NCBI GenBank assembly: GCA_964443495.1
Contig: CAYUCS010000003.1
Coordinates: 132,031 to 196,030, forward strand
Origin: an uncultured Gammaproteobacteria bacterium
GTDB taxonomy: Bacteria > Patescibacteriota > Patescibacteriia > Patescibacteriales > GWE2-39-37
Reading direction: 5' to 3'
DNA: 64,000 bases
Position numbers and translations under genes: made by a program
Notes under the pieces: generated by a model
Databases searched by the model: none
The model's input: the letters and a program-made list of their open reading frames with translations, nothing else
What the model was told of the DNA's origin: nothing
Shown here: positions 54,001 to 61,226 of the stretch, in pieces
Position numbering within the stretch: the first letter of the stretch is position 1
Layout of the letters: each line of letters begins with the position of its first letter

Positions 54001-56504
54001 GCCAGGGCGTCAAAGCGGTCGCGAATGTCGCAGCTGTCGACGAGTCTCTTTTCAGCGTGACTCCTTGGGGATATGGCGGTGAAATTTTGAGCTCCCTTTA
54101 TGCCGACATCATCGCCTACCCGAGCTCGTTATCTACGAGATATGTCACGGACTATCGCAATGGCGCGGAGAAAGGCGGCTGCTTCGTCGCTGGCACTGAA
54201 ATCAGCTTGGCTGACGGCACAAGAAAGAAGATCGAGGAGGTGCGTGTCGGCGATGAGGTCGTGACTTTCGAGAACGAGAACTCGACCGCCAAGGCCAAGA
54301 GCGTGGTCCAAGGCGTGTCTTCGCATGACGTCGGCGGCTATTTGTTAGTCAATAACAAGCTCAAGGCCACGCCGGAGCACCGGGTTTCGGTCAGCGGAGA
54401 ATGGAAGCCGATCGGCCATGCCAAAGTCGGTGATTTTTTGACGACCGAGGATGGGCGGTCGGAAAAGATCGAGGATATCAGATATGTCAGCGCCAAAAGC
54501 GTGAAAGTTTACAATATTATCGTCGGCCGTTATCACACTTACTTGGCCGATGGCTATTATGTCCATAACGCGGAAAAGGGCGGCGGCGGCGACGTCAGGA
54601 ATTTTTTCGAAGACACGCCTTTGTACAAGCAGATGGAATCAGATGAAAGCGGCCAGCTTAAGGCGTCCTTCAAGGCTCCGGATAACCTGACTAGCTGGCG
54701 TGTTTCGGTCAATGCGTATAGTCCGGAAACTTTCAGCGCTGGCAGCCAAGACAAGCTGGTGCCCGTCGGGCTGCCCTTGTTCGCCGACGCAGTAGTGGCC
54801 AAAAAATATCTGACGGGCGATTCGCCGATCATCAAGATACGCGCGTTCGGCACGGAGTACAAGAAGGACGAGCCGATCGAATTCAGCGTGGCCTGCGAGA
54901 GCTTGAAGCTGTCATTTGCGACCACCACGAAATCGAATGAGACAGCGGTCGCCCTCGGAGCGTTGCCTAGAGGAAGACACGACTTGATAATCAGGGTTAA
55001 GCAAGGCAACCTGTCAGACGCGCTGGAAAAGAAATTCGAGGTTATCGATAATTACTTTAAGGAATTGAAAACCGACAGCAAGCTGCTGCGTGACGGGGCG
55101 GCGGATCTCAAGGGCAATGCGGCCGGTTTTACGGATGTCGTTTTCGTCGATGAGGGCAAGGGCAGATTCTTCGAATATCTTTTGAGCTTGACCTGGCAAT
55201 CAAGCATCCGCTCGGATGTCCAGGCAGCTTCATATCTAGCCGCTAAAGCTCTGAATCAATATTTTTATCCAGACAAAAAACATTTCAACGAAGACATAGC
55301 TTTGTCTGGGTATCAGTCACGGGAAGAATGGGCTGGTCCGCTGGCGGTTTTTCCTTACGGCAAGCCGAGCATCAGGCTGACCGCCGAAATGGCTGATGCC
55401 ATGCCAGAAGCTTTTGATAATACCTGGGCAGCGGATGCTTTGGAGGCTAGATTGAACGAACAGAAACTTGATCCGACGGAAGCTGGCCAAGCATTGTGGG
55501 CTTTGGCGGCGCTCGGTCGTCCCCAGCTGCCATTGATAAACTATCTTAAGAATAGCGCCACCACCACGGTCGAAGCGCGGCTGTATCTGGCCTTAGCGCT
55601 GGATAGTGCCGGCGATTCCGAAGGGGCAAGGGAAATCTATTTCGACCAGCTGCTACCTCAACTCAAGATTGAAAATGGCCAGGCACATTTCGAGGTGGGC
55701 CCCTCTAAGGATGCGAACATCAAAGCAACGGCGATCTTCGGCCTGCTGGTGTCGCGGCTCGATCTTTCCGACGAGGGTCGGAACTTAAAGATGATAATCA
55801 ATTACCTGGCGGACAATCAGCCGAAAGAGGATACGATCGCGCTTGAGGAGGCCATGATCGTAAAGAGCGAAATCGCCAAGGCCGATCAGGGCGACACGTC
55901 GTTCGACTATTCGACCGCTGACCGCAAAGGGTCTGTTGATTTGAGCAAGGGGCGGTCATTCCAGTTGACGCTGTCCAGTCAGGAGTTTCCATCATTATCT
56001 TTCAGCAATGTGAAGGGACTGCCCAGAGCCATAAGCTATTATGAGAATTACGCAGATCCGGCAAAAATACCGACGAGCGATATGCTAAGCGTCGAGCGGC
56101 AATATCTTGTGAACGGCAAAGAGGTTACCGAATTCAAGGAGGGCGACTTGATCACTGTCCGCCTGACTCCTCGCCTTGCAGCCGGAGCGCCTGACGGCTC
56201 GTATCAGCTGGCAGAGTATCTGCCTTCGGCGTTGAAGCCGATCGTCCGCAATTACGGGCTGGACATTGAGACTGGAAGCGATTGCAACCCGATCTGGTAT
56301 CCGGTCAAAACCACTGATGAGGCGGTGTATTTCGATATCGGGAAATGGTTCCAGGCTTCCGAGCGCTGCCAGCAGCGCACGGTCAATTTCAGGGCAAGGG
56401 TGATCGGCAAAGGCAATTTCAAGGCGCAGCCAGCCTCGTTCCAATCGCTTGTCGATGTCAACGTGATCGGCTTGTCAAAAGAGAAGAATATCCAAGTCAA
56501 ATAA
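51099..56504 (+). CDS. Membrane-anchored alpha-2-macroglobulin-like giant protein (thioester-less) with an internal Hint/mini-intein domain
   Basis: RSFKK plus a TM helix gives N-in/C-out topology. Repeated beta-sandwich-like segments. RNFFEDT..APDNLTSWRVSV and LPLFADAVVAKKYLTGDSPIIKIR match the post-bait A2M/C3 motifs. A helical TED-like region (EAGQALWALAALG) has no CxEQ. C-terminal AEYLPSALKPI is a receptor-domain-like motif. Confidence 0.65.
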   Translation: MFLKDHNEGQTGGAAGQQAAAAPNRSFKKIAIAAIACLVVAGAALSVFGYLNSRNTTSGKLELSLVAQGGDLNGIEKRGSFTLSSSRKLSATEIEKNLKFDPQVKFDIREKKSVFSFLAGSVLAASRSAALDNQYEITPKEPLLDGVVYKVQTAASSSLQLDHDYSWAFNVKEDFGIDESLPNDEAYGVPVNTGIEVTMNRLSIGRDIEKYFSIEPSVKGRFEVGMNKIVFIPEGDLKGKTLYRVVIKKGYKAGEKNEELLEDKSFVFETASTEKEAYVPTMSWSDDYFELSTNNEGFLEASGDATTSEVTLSRYADMAGFLKDFYDFRDRAYDWSNFNKEQFKPSPAAQEVAKFKPELLKRAEGDNYGLIKLPRKLEAGFYAAKVAVGNVAEYSFIRVSPLAYYYSQINGDGLVWAYDFVNKKPFAGVRVALLENGGGEKQLGQTDADGLLKFDSSSNKDDNSGMTLVFRGDEVGETVAPDAGRIMEKRSNFYQGYLNTDRYAYRLTDKVHFWGVVKGRSFDLRQKKVKVRLDDYIEKEIMVSPFDTVEGELDFAGLPSGYHNLVVSYDDEVIAQSGIEVFSFEKPLYKIEVTPDKSFSVTDAPVKAKIKVSFFDGTPVKDMDLNYSIYWRGDNNGTVRTNDQGEAELSYTPGYYFEETSDQYSDSWTTYPGSLRFSVRPQLPEEGEIWGEAYVSVYGPKLYMQSEGSEKDGALVFKSKVNDLDLATSTEENLIGRPAAGVKMKAKVVRYYYEEKPDGEYYDPIEKVKIKKFTYELKKETVREAEGTSDQRGEWSIQVDKKEIKKFGYIKTIFSAQDVDGKKVMSAAQSYNYYPNDNTALNLENADIEKTPGVSYKIGDKVNLRVVLTGPKKPVDDRTLIVGFQEGLRSARLINQTTFSDTFSRDHVPSMTYMAVKMMPSGFIESYYVTASYKEDESKLSVEISSDKERYKPREDINLDIAIKNKSGQGVKAVANVAAVDESLFSVTPWGYGGEILSSLYADIIAYPSSLSTRYVTDYRNGAEKGGCFVAGTEISLADGTRKKIEEVRVGDEVVTFENENSTAKAKSVVQGVSSHDVGGYLLVNNKLKATPEHRVSVSGEWKPIGHAKVGDFLTTEDGRSEKIEDIRYVSAKSVKVYNIIVGRYHTYLADGYYVHNAEKGGGGDVRNFFEDTPLYKQMESDESGQLKASFKAPDNLTSWRVSVNAYSPETFSAGSQDKLVPVGLPLFADAVVAKKYLTGDSPIIKIRAFGTEYKKDEPIEFSVACESLKLSFATTTKSNETAVALGALPRGRHDLIIRVKQGNLSDALEKKFEVIDNYFKELKTDSKLLRDGAADLKGNAAGFTDVVFVDEGKGRFFEYLLSLTWQSSIRSDVQAASYLAAKALNQYFYPDKKHFNEDIALSGYQSREEWAGPLAVFPYGKPSIRLTAEMADAMPEAFDNTWAADALEARLNEQKLDPTEAGQALWALAALGRPQLPLINYLKNSATTTVEARLYLALALDSAGDSEGAREIYFDQLLPQLKIENGQAHFEVGPSKDANIKATAIFGLLVSRLDLSDEGRNLKMIINYLADNQPKEDTIALEEAMIVKSEIAKADQGDTSFDYSTADRKGSVDLSKGRSFQLTLSSQEFPSLSFSNVKGLPRAISYYENYADPAKIPTSDMLSVERQYLVNGKEVTEFKEGDLITVRLTPRLAAGAPDGSYQLAEYLPSALKPIVRNYGLDIETGSDCNPIWYPVKTTDEAVYFDIGKWFQASERCQQRTVNFRARVIGKGNFKAQPASFQSLVDVNVIGLSKEKNIQVK
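54180..54569 (+). other. Hint (mini-intein/BIL-like) domain, aa 1028-1157 of the giant protein
   Basis: Block A CFVAGTEISLADG, block B ATPEHRV, block F VYNIIVGRYHTYLADG, block G YYVHN. The next residue is Ala. Flanked by AEKGG on both sides. Confidence 0.8.
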
Positions 56505-57326
56505 ATGTCGGCAAAAAAATACGCCTTGTTGCTATTGTCCTTGTTTCTGGCTGTCCAACCCGTCATGGCTGGCACACCTTTGGTTTATGACTATAAGGAC
56601 TACAAGAGCTTGATCGGACGCAAGAAGAATCCGGATTATCGCCTGCGCATAAAATCGCCATCGGTCGGCATCGTGTCCCATCATCTTCCGACCGCTTCGC
56701 CATTGATCGATAACTTTTATTTCCAGCTGAAAAAAAATCGGCCGAATATCAAGACCTTCGTCGTGATCGGCCCTGATCATTCTGAGCGTTGCCGGCACAA
56801 GTTCGGCGTCAGCGATGCTGACATCACTACGATGTACGGCAGCATCGCGGCAGACAAGAAGCTGGTCAAGCGAATTGAAGTTGCTGGCGCCAAAATAGAA
56901 AACCACTGCTTCGAGGGCGAACACGCGATAGGGGTCCAGGCGAACTATATCAGGAAATTTTTCCCCCAAGCCAAGATCGCTCCGATACTCCTGTCTTTCG
57001 CGGCCAAGCAGTCGGATTTCAGCGGGCTTGTCAACGAACTTGAAAAAAATCGTGCAGACATCTTTGTTTTGGCCAGCGTGGACTTCACCCATTACATGGA
57101 CGTGCAACAGGCTGAGGCCATCGACGCCATAAGCCTGAAAATGATCAACGGATTGGAAGGCGGGTCTTTTTCATTGAAGCAGATAGATTCGCCAGCTACC
57201 ATCAAGGCGGTGCTTTGCCTCGCCCGAAGGCTCAGGTTGCAAGCGGAGGTTGTCGAACATAAGAACTCATTCGACTATAACGGCGCATACAAAAATACGA
57301 CCAGCTATTTCTCGGTCTTTTTTTAA
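56505..57326 (+). CDS. Memo-like protein (AmmeMemoRadiSam system protein B family) with signal peptide
   Basis: The ATG immediately follows the TAA of the giant gene. Signal KKYALLLLSLFLAVQPVMAG. Family motifs VSHHLP, VIGPDH, EGEHAIGVQ and ASVDFTHY. Confidence 0.75.
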   Translation: MSAKKYALLLLSLFLAVQPVMAGTPLVYDYKDYKSLIGRKKNPDYRLRIKSPSVGIVSHHLPTASPLIDNFYFQLKKNRPNIKTFVVIGPDHSERCRHKFGVSDADITTMYGSIAADKKLVKRIEVAGAKIENHCFEGEHAIGVQANYIRKFFPQAKIAPILLSFAAKQSDFSGLVNELEKNRADIFVLASVDFTHYMDVQQAEAIDAISLKMINGLEGGSFSLKQIDSPATIKAVLCLARRLRLQAEVVEHKNSFDYNGAYKNTTSYFSVFF

Positions 57327-57403
57327 TCTGGCGTCGGTTTTGGCGGTTTTATAGACAAAATTTAATTTGTTCGCTATTATTACGACATAATATTAAACCG
57401 ATT

Positions 57404-57964
57404 ATGAAAAGAACCTGGCGCAGGCCGCAAAAAAAGGATGAAGGGAAGCAATTCCGGGCGAATCAGCAGATTCGTGCTTTTGAGTTGATGGTGATTGATG
57501 AAAATGGCGAAAATTTAGGCAAAATGGATACTCGCGAGGCCTTGCGTTTGGCCGAGGAGGCGGGACTTGATTTGGTGGAGGTCAACCCTTTGGCTAATCC
57601 GCCGATTGCCAAGATTCTTGATTACGGCCAGTTCAAATACGAGAAAGAGAAACAGGCTCACAAAAAGAAGGTGCAGCAGAAAAAAGTTGAAATCAAAGGC
57701 ATCCGCTTGACGGTGCGCATCAGCCAGAATGATTTTAATTTTAAATTGGAGCAGGCCAAAGGCTTTTTGGAGAAAGGCAATAAGCTGAAGATCGAACTGA
57801 TGCTGCGCGGTCGTGAAAGGCAGCATCCGGAAAAGGCCGTAGAAAATATCCACAACTTTATTGCTGAGCTGGAAAAAGACGAGAGGTTCAAGCTGGTTCG
57901 CGAGCAGGACTTGACAAGAAAGGGTTCTGGGTTTATTATAATACTGTTTAATAAGACCGTTTAG
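57404..57964 (+). CDS. infC: Translation initiation factor IF-3
   Basis: ANQQIRAFELMVIDENGENLG, EAGLDLVEV, KILDYGQFKYEKEK and a C-terminal domain. Precedes rpmI-rplT. Confidence 0.92.
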   Translation: MKRTWRRPQKKDEGKQFRANQQIRAFELMVIDENGENLGKMDTREALRLAEEAGLDLVEVNPLANPPIAKILDYGQFKYEKEKQAHKKKVQQKKVEIKGIRLTVRISQNDFNFKLEQAKGFLEKGNKLKIELMLRGRERQHPEKAVENIHNFIAELEKDERFKLVREQDLTRKGSGFIIILFNKTV

Positions 57965-58024
57965 GTATTGTCTAAACCAGGGTTAAGTCCTGTTTTTTTA
58001 TTTAAAAAAGCCAATATAGTCCGT

Positions 58025-58219
58025 ATGCCGAAGATCAAGACACATAAAGCAACCGCAAAGCGCTTTACAATCACTAAAACTAGCAAAGTTATCCATCGTA
58101 AGCCAGGTCAGGACCACTTCAATGCAAGGGAGAATGGCTCTACCGGCACCAAGAAGAAGCGCGACATCAACGCCCACCCGGCTTACGTTAAGACTATCCA
58201 TGCCCTTACCCAGAAATAG
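58025..58219 (+). CDS. rpmI: 50S ribosomal protein L35
   Basis: Start at the internal ATG: MPKIKTHKATAKRFTITKTSKV. Confidence 0.9.
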   Translation: MPKIKTHKATAKRFTITKTSKVIHRKPGQDHFNARENGSTGTKKKRDINAHPAYVKTIHALTQK

Positions 58220-58268
58220 GCTAATGTTAGCATTATTTGAATTTATTATTTAGAAATTTTCCACTGAT

Positions 58269-58616
58269 ATGCCAAGAGTCAAACGAGGAACTACACACAT
58301 CAAGAAACGCCGCAAACTGTTAGCCAAGACTAAGGGCTACATGTGGGGTCGCAAGAATCTTATCAAGGCTGCCAAGACTGCCGTGCTTAAGGCTGGCGTC
58401 CACGCTTTTGTCGATCGCCGCAAAAAGAAACGCGTTAACCGCGGCCTCTGGCAGATCAAGATCAGCGCATTTGTCAAAGAGCAGGGCGTGAGTTACTCTC
58501 GCTTCATTGATGCTCTTAAGAAGAGCCAGGTTGAATTGGACAGGAAGGTTTTGGCTGATTTGGCTGTTAATAACAAGGAGGTTCTAGCCAAGATTTTAGC
58601 TGAAGTCAAAAAGTAA
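58269..58616 (+). CDS. rplT: 50S ribosomal protein L20
   Basis: MPRVKRGTTHIKKRRKLLAKTKGY ... RKKKRVNRGLWQIKISA. Confidence 0.95.
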   Translation: MPRVKRGTTHIKKRRKLLAKTKGYMWGRKNLIKAAKTAVLKAGVHAFVDRRKKKRVNRGLWQIKISAFVKEQGVSYSRFIDALKKSQVELDRKVLADLAVNNKEVLAKILAEVKK

Positions 58617-58652
58617 TTTTGACAAACAGTTTAAAAAATGCTATAGTTTAAT

Positions 58653-58880
58653 ATGAATTTGATCAGACTTATCCAAATAGTCCAAATAGTGCTCGCCGTC
58701 TTATTGATGGGGGCAATCCTGCTTCAAAGTCGCGGAACCGGCCTTTCAGGTATTTTTGGCGGGGCTAGCAGCATTTACCGCACTAAGCGTGGCATAGAAA
58801 AAACTCTATTTTATTCTACTATCGTTTTGGCAGTTCTTTTCTTTGGAACTGCGCTAGCCACTCTTTTCTTGAAAAAATAA
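58653..58880 (+). CDS. secG: Preprotein translocase subunit SecG
   Basis: 75 aa with two TM helices and LLQSRGTGLSGIFGG, the characteristic SecG loop. Confidence 0.8.
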   Translation: MNLIRLIQIVQIVLAVLLMGAILLQSRGTGLSGIFGGASSIYRTKRGIEKTLFYSTIVLAVLFFGTALATLFLKK

Positions 58881-58897
58881 CTTATCTTATTTAAGTT

Positions 58898-60871
58898 GTG
58901 GCCAAGAACTCGTTTAATTTCAGATACCGCACGAGTAAGCTGCTTTATTCCTTAAAGCGGTCTTGGTCTGCAACAATCGAGTTTGTTAAGGGAATTTTTT
59001 CCAAAAAAGGCGAATCAAAACAGGAAAGCGATCAAAAAAGGTTGGCTGAGCTGGACAAGAAGCTGGTTTATTCAATGTCCCCCGCTCGAATTCCAAGCCT
59101 GGTCCAACTGAAGTATATTGAAAATTTCTTGAATTCCCGCGAGCGCTTGATTTGGCGTATTGCCACCTCGGTTTTTGTGGCTTCTTTCCTGTTTGTTGGC
59201 GGCCGATTTGCCGTCAAGCACCTGGAAACGATTCCGGCTGATGGCGGCACCTATACTGAGGGCGCAGTCGGGTTGCCGAAATATATCAATCCGCTGTATT
59301 CGAGCGTTAATGATGTTGACGCCGATCTGGTCCAGCTGGTTTATTCCTCGTTGTTCAAGCGAAGCAATCAAGGCCAGCTAGTCGCTGACCTGGTGCAGTC
59401 GTACCAGTCATCGCCAGACGGGAAGGTTTACACCCTAAAGCTTAGAGATAACGCTGTTTGGCATAATGGCGACAAATTCAAGGCCGATGACGTGATTTTC
59501 ACATTCAACGCCATCAAGGATCCCTTGTATAAGTCACCATTGCGTCAAAGTTTCAGCGGCGTCACCTTGGAAAAGATCGATGACACGACCGTCCGCTTCG
59601 TTTTGTCGCAGCCGTATGCCGGCTTTCTCGATTTGCTGACTTTCGGAATCTTGCCACAAGCCCTGTGGTATCAGGTTCCGCCGAATTCGGTCAGTCTGGC
59701 CGAGCTCAATCTTAAGCCGATCGGCACAGGTCCATACATGTTCAAGTCCTTAGTTAAGGACAAGAATGGCAATCTTATTTCGTATCACCTGGAAGCAAAC
59801 CCCGATTATTATGGCGGCAAGGTCCATATACAGGATTGGCAGTTCAAGTTTTACCCTTCCTTTGAAGAGCTGGTAGCGAAGCTTGCTGACGGTTCAGTCG
59901 ATGGAGCGAGCTATCTGCCGAATAATCTATTCGCCGATATTTCCGGCAAGACCTTTCTTAGCTATAACAAGATTTCTTTGCCGCAAGCCATGGGGATATT
60001 TTTCAACCTGAAGGCGAATCCGGCACTGACTGACAAGAAGGTCAGGCAAGCGCTGGCCTTTGCCATCAATAAGCAAGAGCTGATTGACAAGAGCTTGTTC
60101 GGCAATGCGAGGCTGATTGACGGCCCGATTTCTTCAGACAGCTTCGCCTTTAATCCTGATCAGAAAAAGTATCCATTAGATCAGGCTGCGGCATCGAAGT
60201 TGCTTGCGGAAGCTGGTTACCAGATTGCAGAGATAAGCAAGGGGCAGATTGAGCAGGCGGAAAAAGATAAAAGCAGCGCTGATAAGAAAGTAAAAGACGC
60301 CGCCGAAACGGTTTTAGCCATGGGTGAGGGCCGTTGGCTTTCCAAAAACGGCACTTATTTGGTGGTCAAACTGACCAGTGTCGAAGCGGGCGATAACGCC
60401 GCGGTCCTGGATGCGATCAAGGGCTACTGGCAAAGCGTCGGTGTCAAGACGGTGATCGAGCTTGTGGCACCGAATCAGATCCAATTCGAGGTGGTGCGCA
60501 ATCGTAATTTCGAATCCCTGTTCTACGGCGAAGTGCTTGGCGCCGATCCTGACATTTACCCCTTTTGGCACTCTTCCCAAGCGACCAGCCAGGGCTTGAA
60601 TTTGACAGGTTACAGTAATAAAGAGGTTGATAAGCTGCTCGAGGAAGCACGCATCAATGCGAATCAGTCGCAAAGAGCCGAGGCCTACAAGAAGGTTCAG
60701 GCGCTTTTGGCAGAAGATGAGCCAGCCGTTTTCCTGTATTCGCCAGTGTATAATTATATCCAGAAAAAGACAGTTAAGAATATGAATGTTTCCACTATCA
60801 TCGTTCCGAGCGATCGCTTGGCCAACGCGAATGAGTGGTACGTTAAAACAAGCAAAAAATTTGTCTGGTAA
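58898..60871 (+). CDS. Family-5 ABC substrate-binding protein (peptide/nickel, OppA/DppA-like), TM-anchored, no adjacent permease genes
   Basis: N-terminal TM segment (RIATSVFVASFLFVGG). GGTYTEG..P..INPL, WHNGDKFKADDV and PDIYPFWHSS are typical SBP_bac_5 stretches. Confidence 0.85.
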   Translation: MAKNSFNFRYRTSKLLYSLKRSWSATIEFVKGIFSKKGESKQESDQKRLAELDKKLVYSMSPARIPSLVQLKYIENFLNSRERLIWRIATSVFVASFLFVGGRFAVKHLETIPADGGTYTEGAVGLPKYINPLYSSVNDVDADLVQLVYSSLFKRSNQGQLVADLVQSYQSSPDGKVYTLKLRDNAVWHNGDKFKADDVIFTFNAIKDPLYKSPLRQSFSGVTLEKIDDTTVRFVLSQPYAGFLDLLTFGILPQALWYQVPPNSVSLAELNLKPIGTGPYMFKSLVKDKNGNLISYHLEANPDYYGGKVHIQDWQFKFYPSFEELVAKLADGSVDGASYLPNNLFADISGKTFLSYNKISLPQAMGIFFNLKANPALTDKKVRQALAFAINKQELIDKSLFGNARLIDGPISSDSFAFNPDQKKYPLDQAAASKLLAEAGYQIAEISKGQIEQAEKDKSSADKKVKDAAETVLAMGEGRWLSKNGTYLVVKLTSVEAGDNAAVLDAIKGYWQSVGVKTVIELVAPNQIQFEVVRNRNFESLFYGEVLGADPDIYPFWHSSQATSQGLNLTGYSNKEVDKLLEEARINANQSQRAEAYKKVQALLAEDEPAVFLYSPVYNYIQKKTVKNMNVSTIIVPSDRLANANEWYVKTSKKFVW

Positions 60872-60881
60872 GACAAGATAA

Positions 60882-60965
60882 GCCGAGGTGGTGAAATTGG
60901 TATACACGCATGCTTCAGGTGCATGTGGGGGCAACCCCGTGGAGGTTCAAGTCCTCTTCTCGGCA
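60882..60965 (+). tRNA. tRNA-Leu (CAG), long variable arm
   Basis: GCCGAGG...CATGC-TTCAGGT-GCATG-variable arm GGGGGCAACCCC-GGAGG-TTCAAGT-CCTCT-TCTCGGC-A. No CCA encoded. Confidence 0.85.
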
Positions 60966-61038
60966 CAAGATAAATTAATCCCTTTAGGGATTAATTGAGC
61001 TTGAGTTGAGGAAGTGGTAAAGAACTTCCATATTCAAC

Positions 61039-61075
61039 GGGGCTTCCGCCCCTTCAAGTCCTCTTCTCGGCACAA
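61039..61075 (+). repeat. Displaced copy of the tRNA-Leu(CAG) 3' end preceded by the conserved GC hairpin (att-like remnant)
   Basis: GGGGCTTCCGCCCC (61039-61052) is followed by TTCAAGTCCTCTTCTCGGCACAA (61053-61075), identical to 60946-60968. Confidence 0.75.
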
Positions 61076-61226
61076 TCAGATTTCAATAAGAAATCTCCCG
61101 TTAAATTAATAAAGGAGTACGCAAGGACTCTTGGTCGGCGCATTTAGCGTCGCTTTGAACTCTCGCGTTGGCTTTTGCCAATGCATCTTGTCCGGCCGTT
61201 GCGCCGGACAGCTACTCATCAAATTT

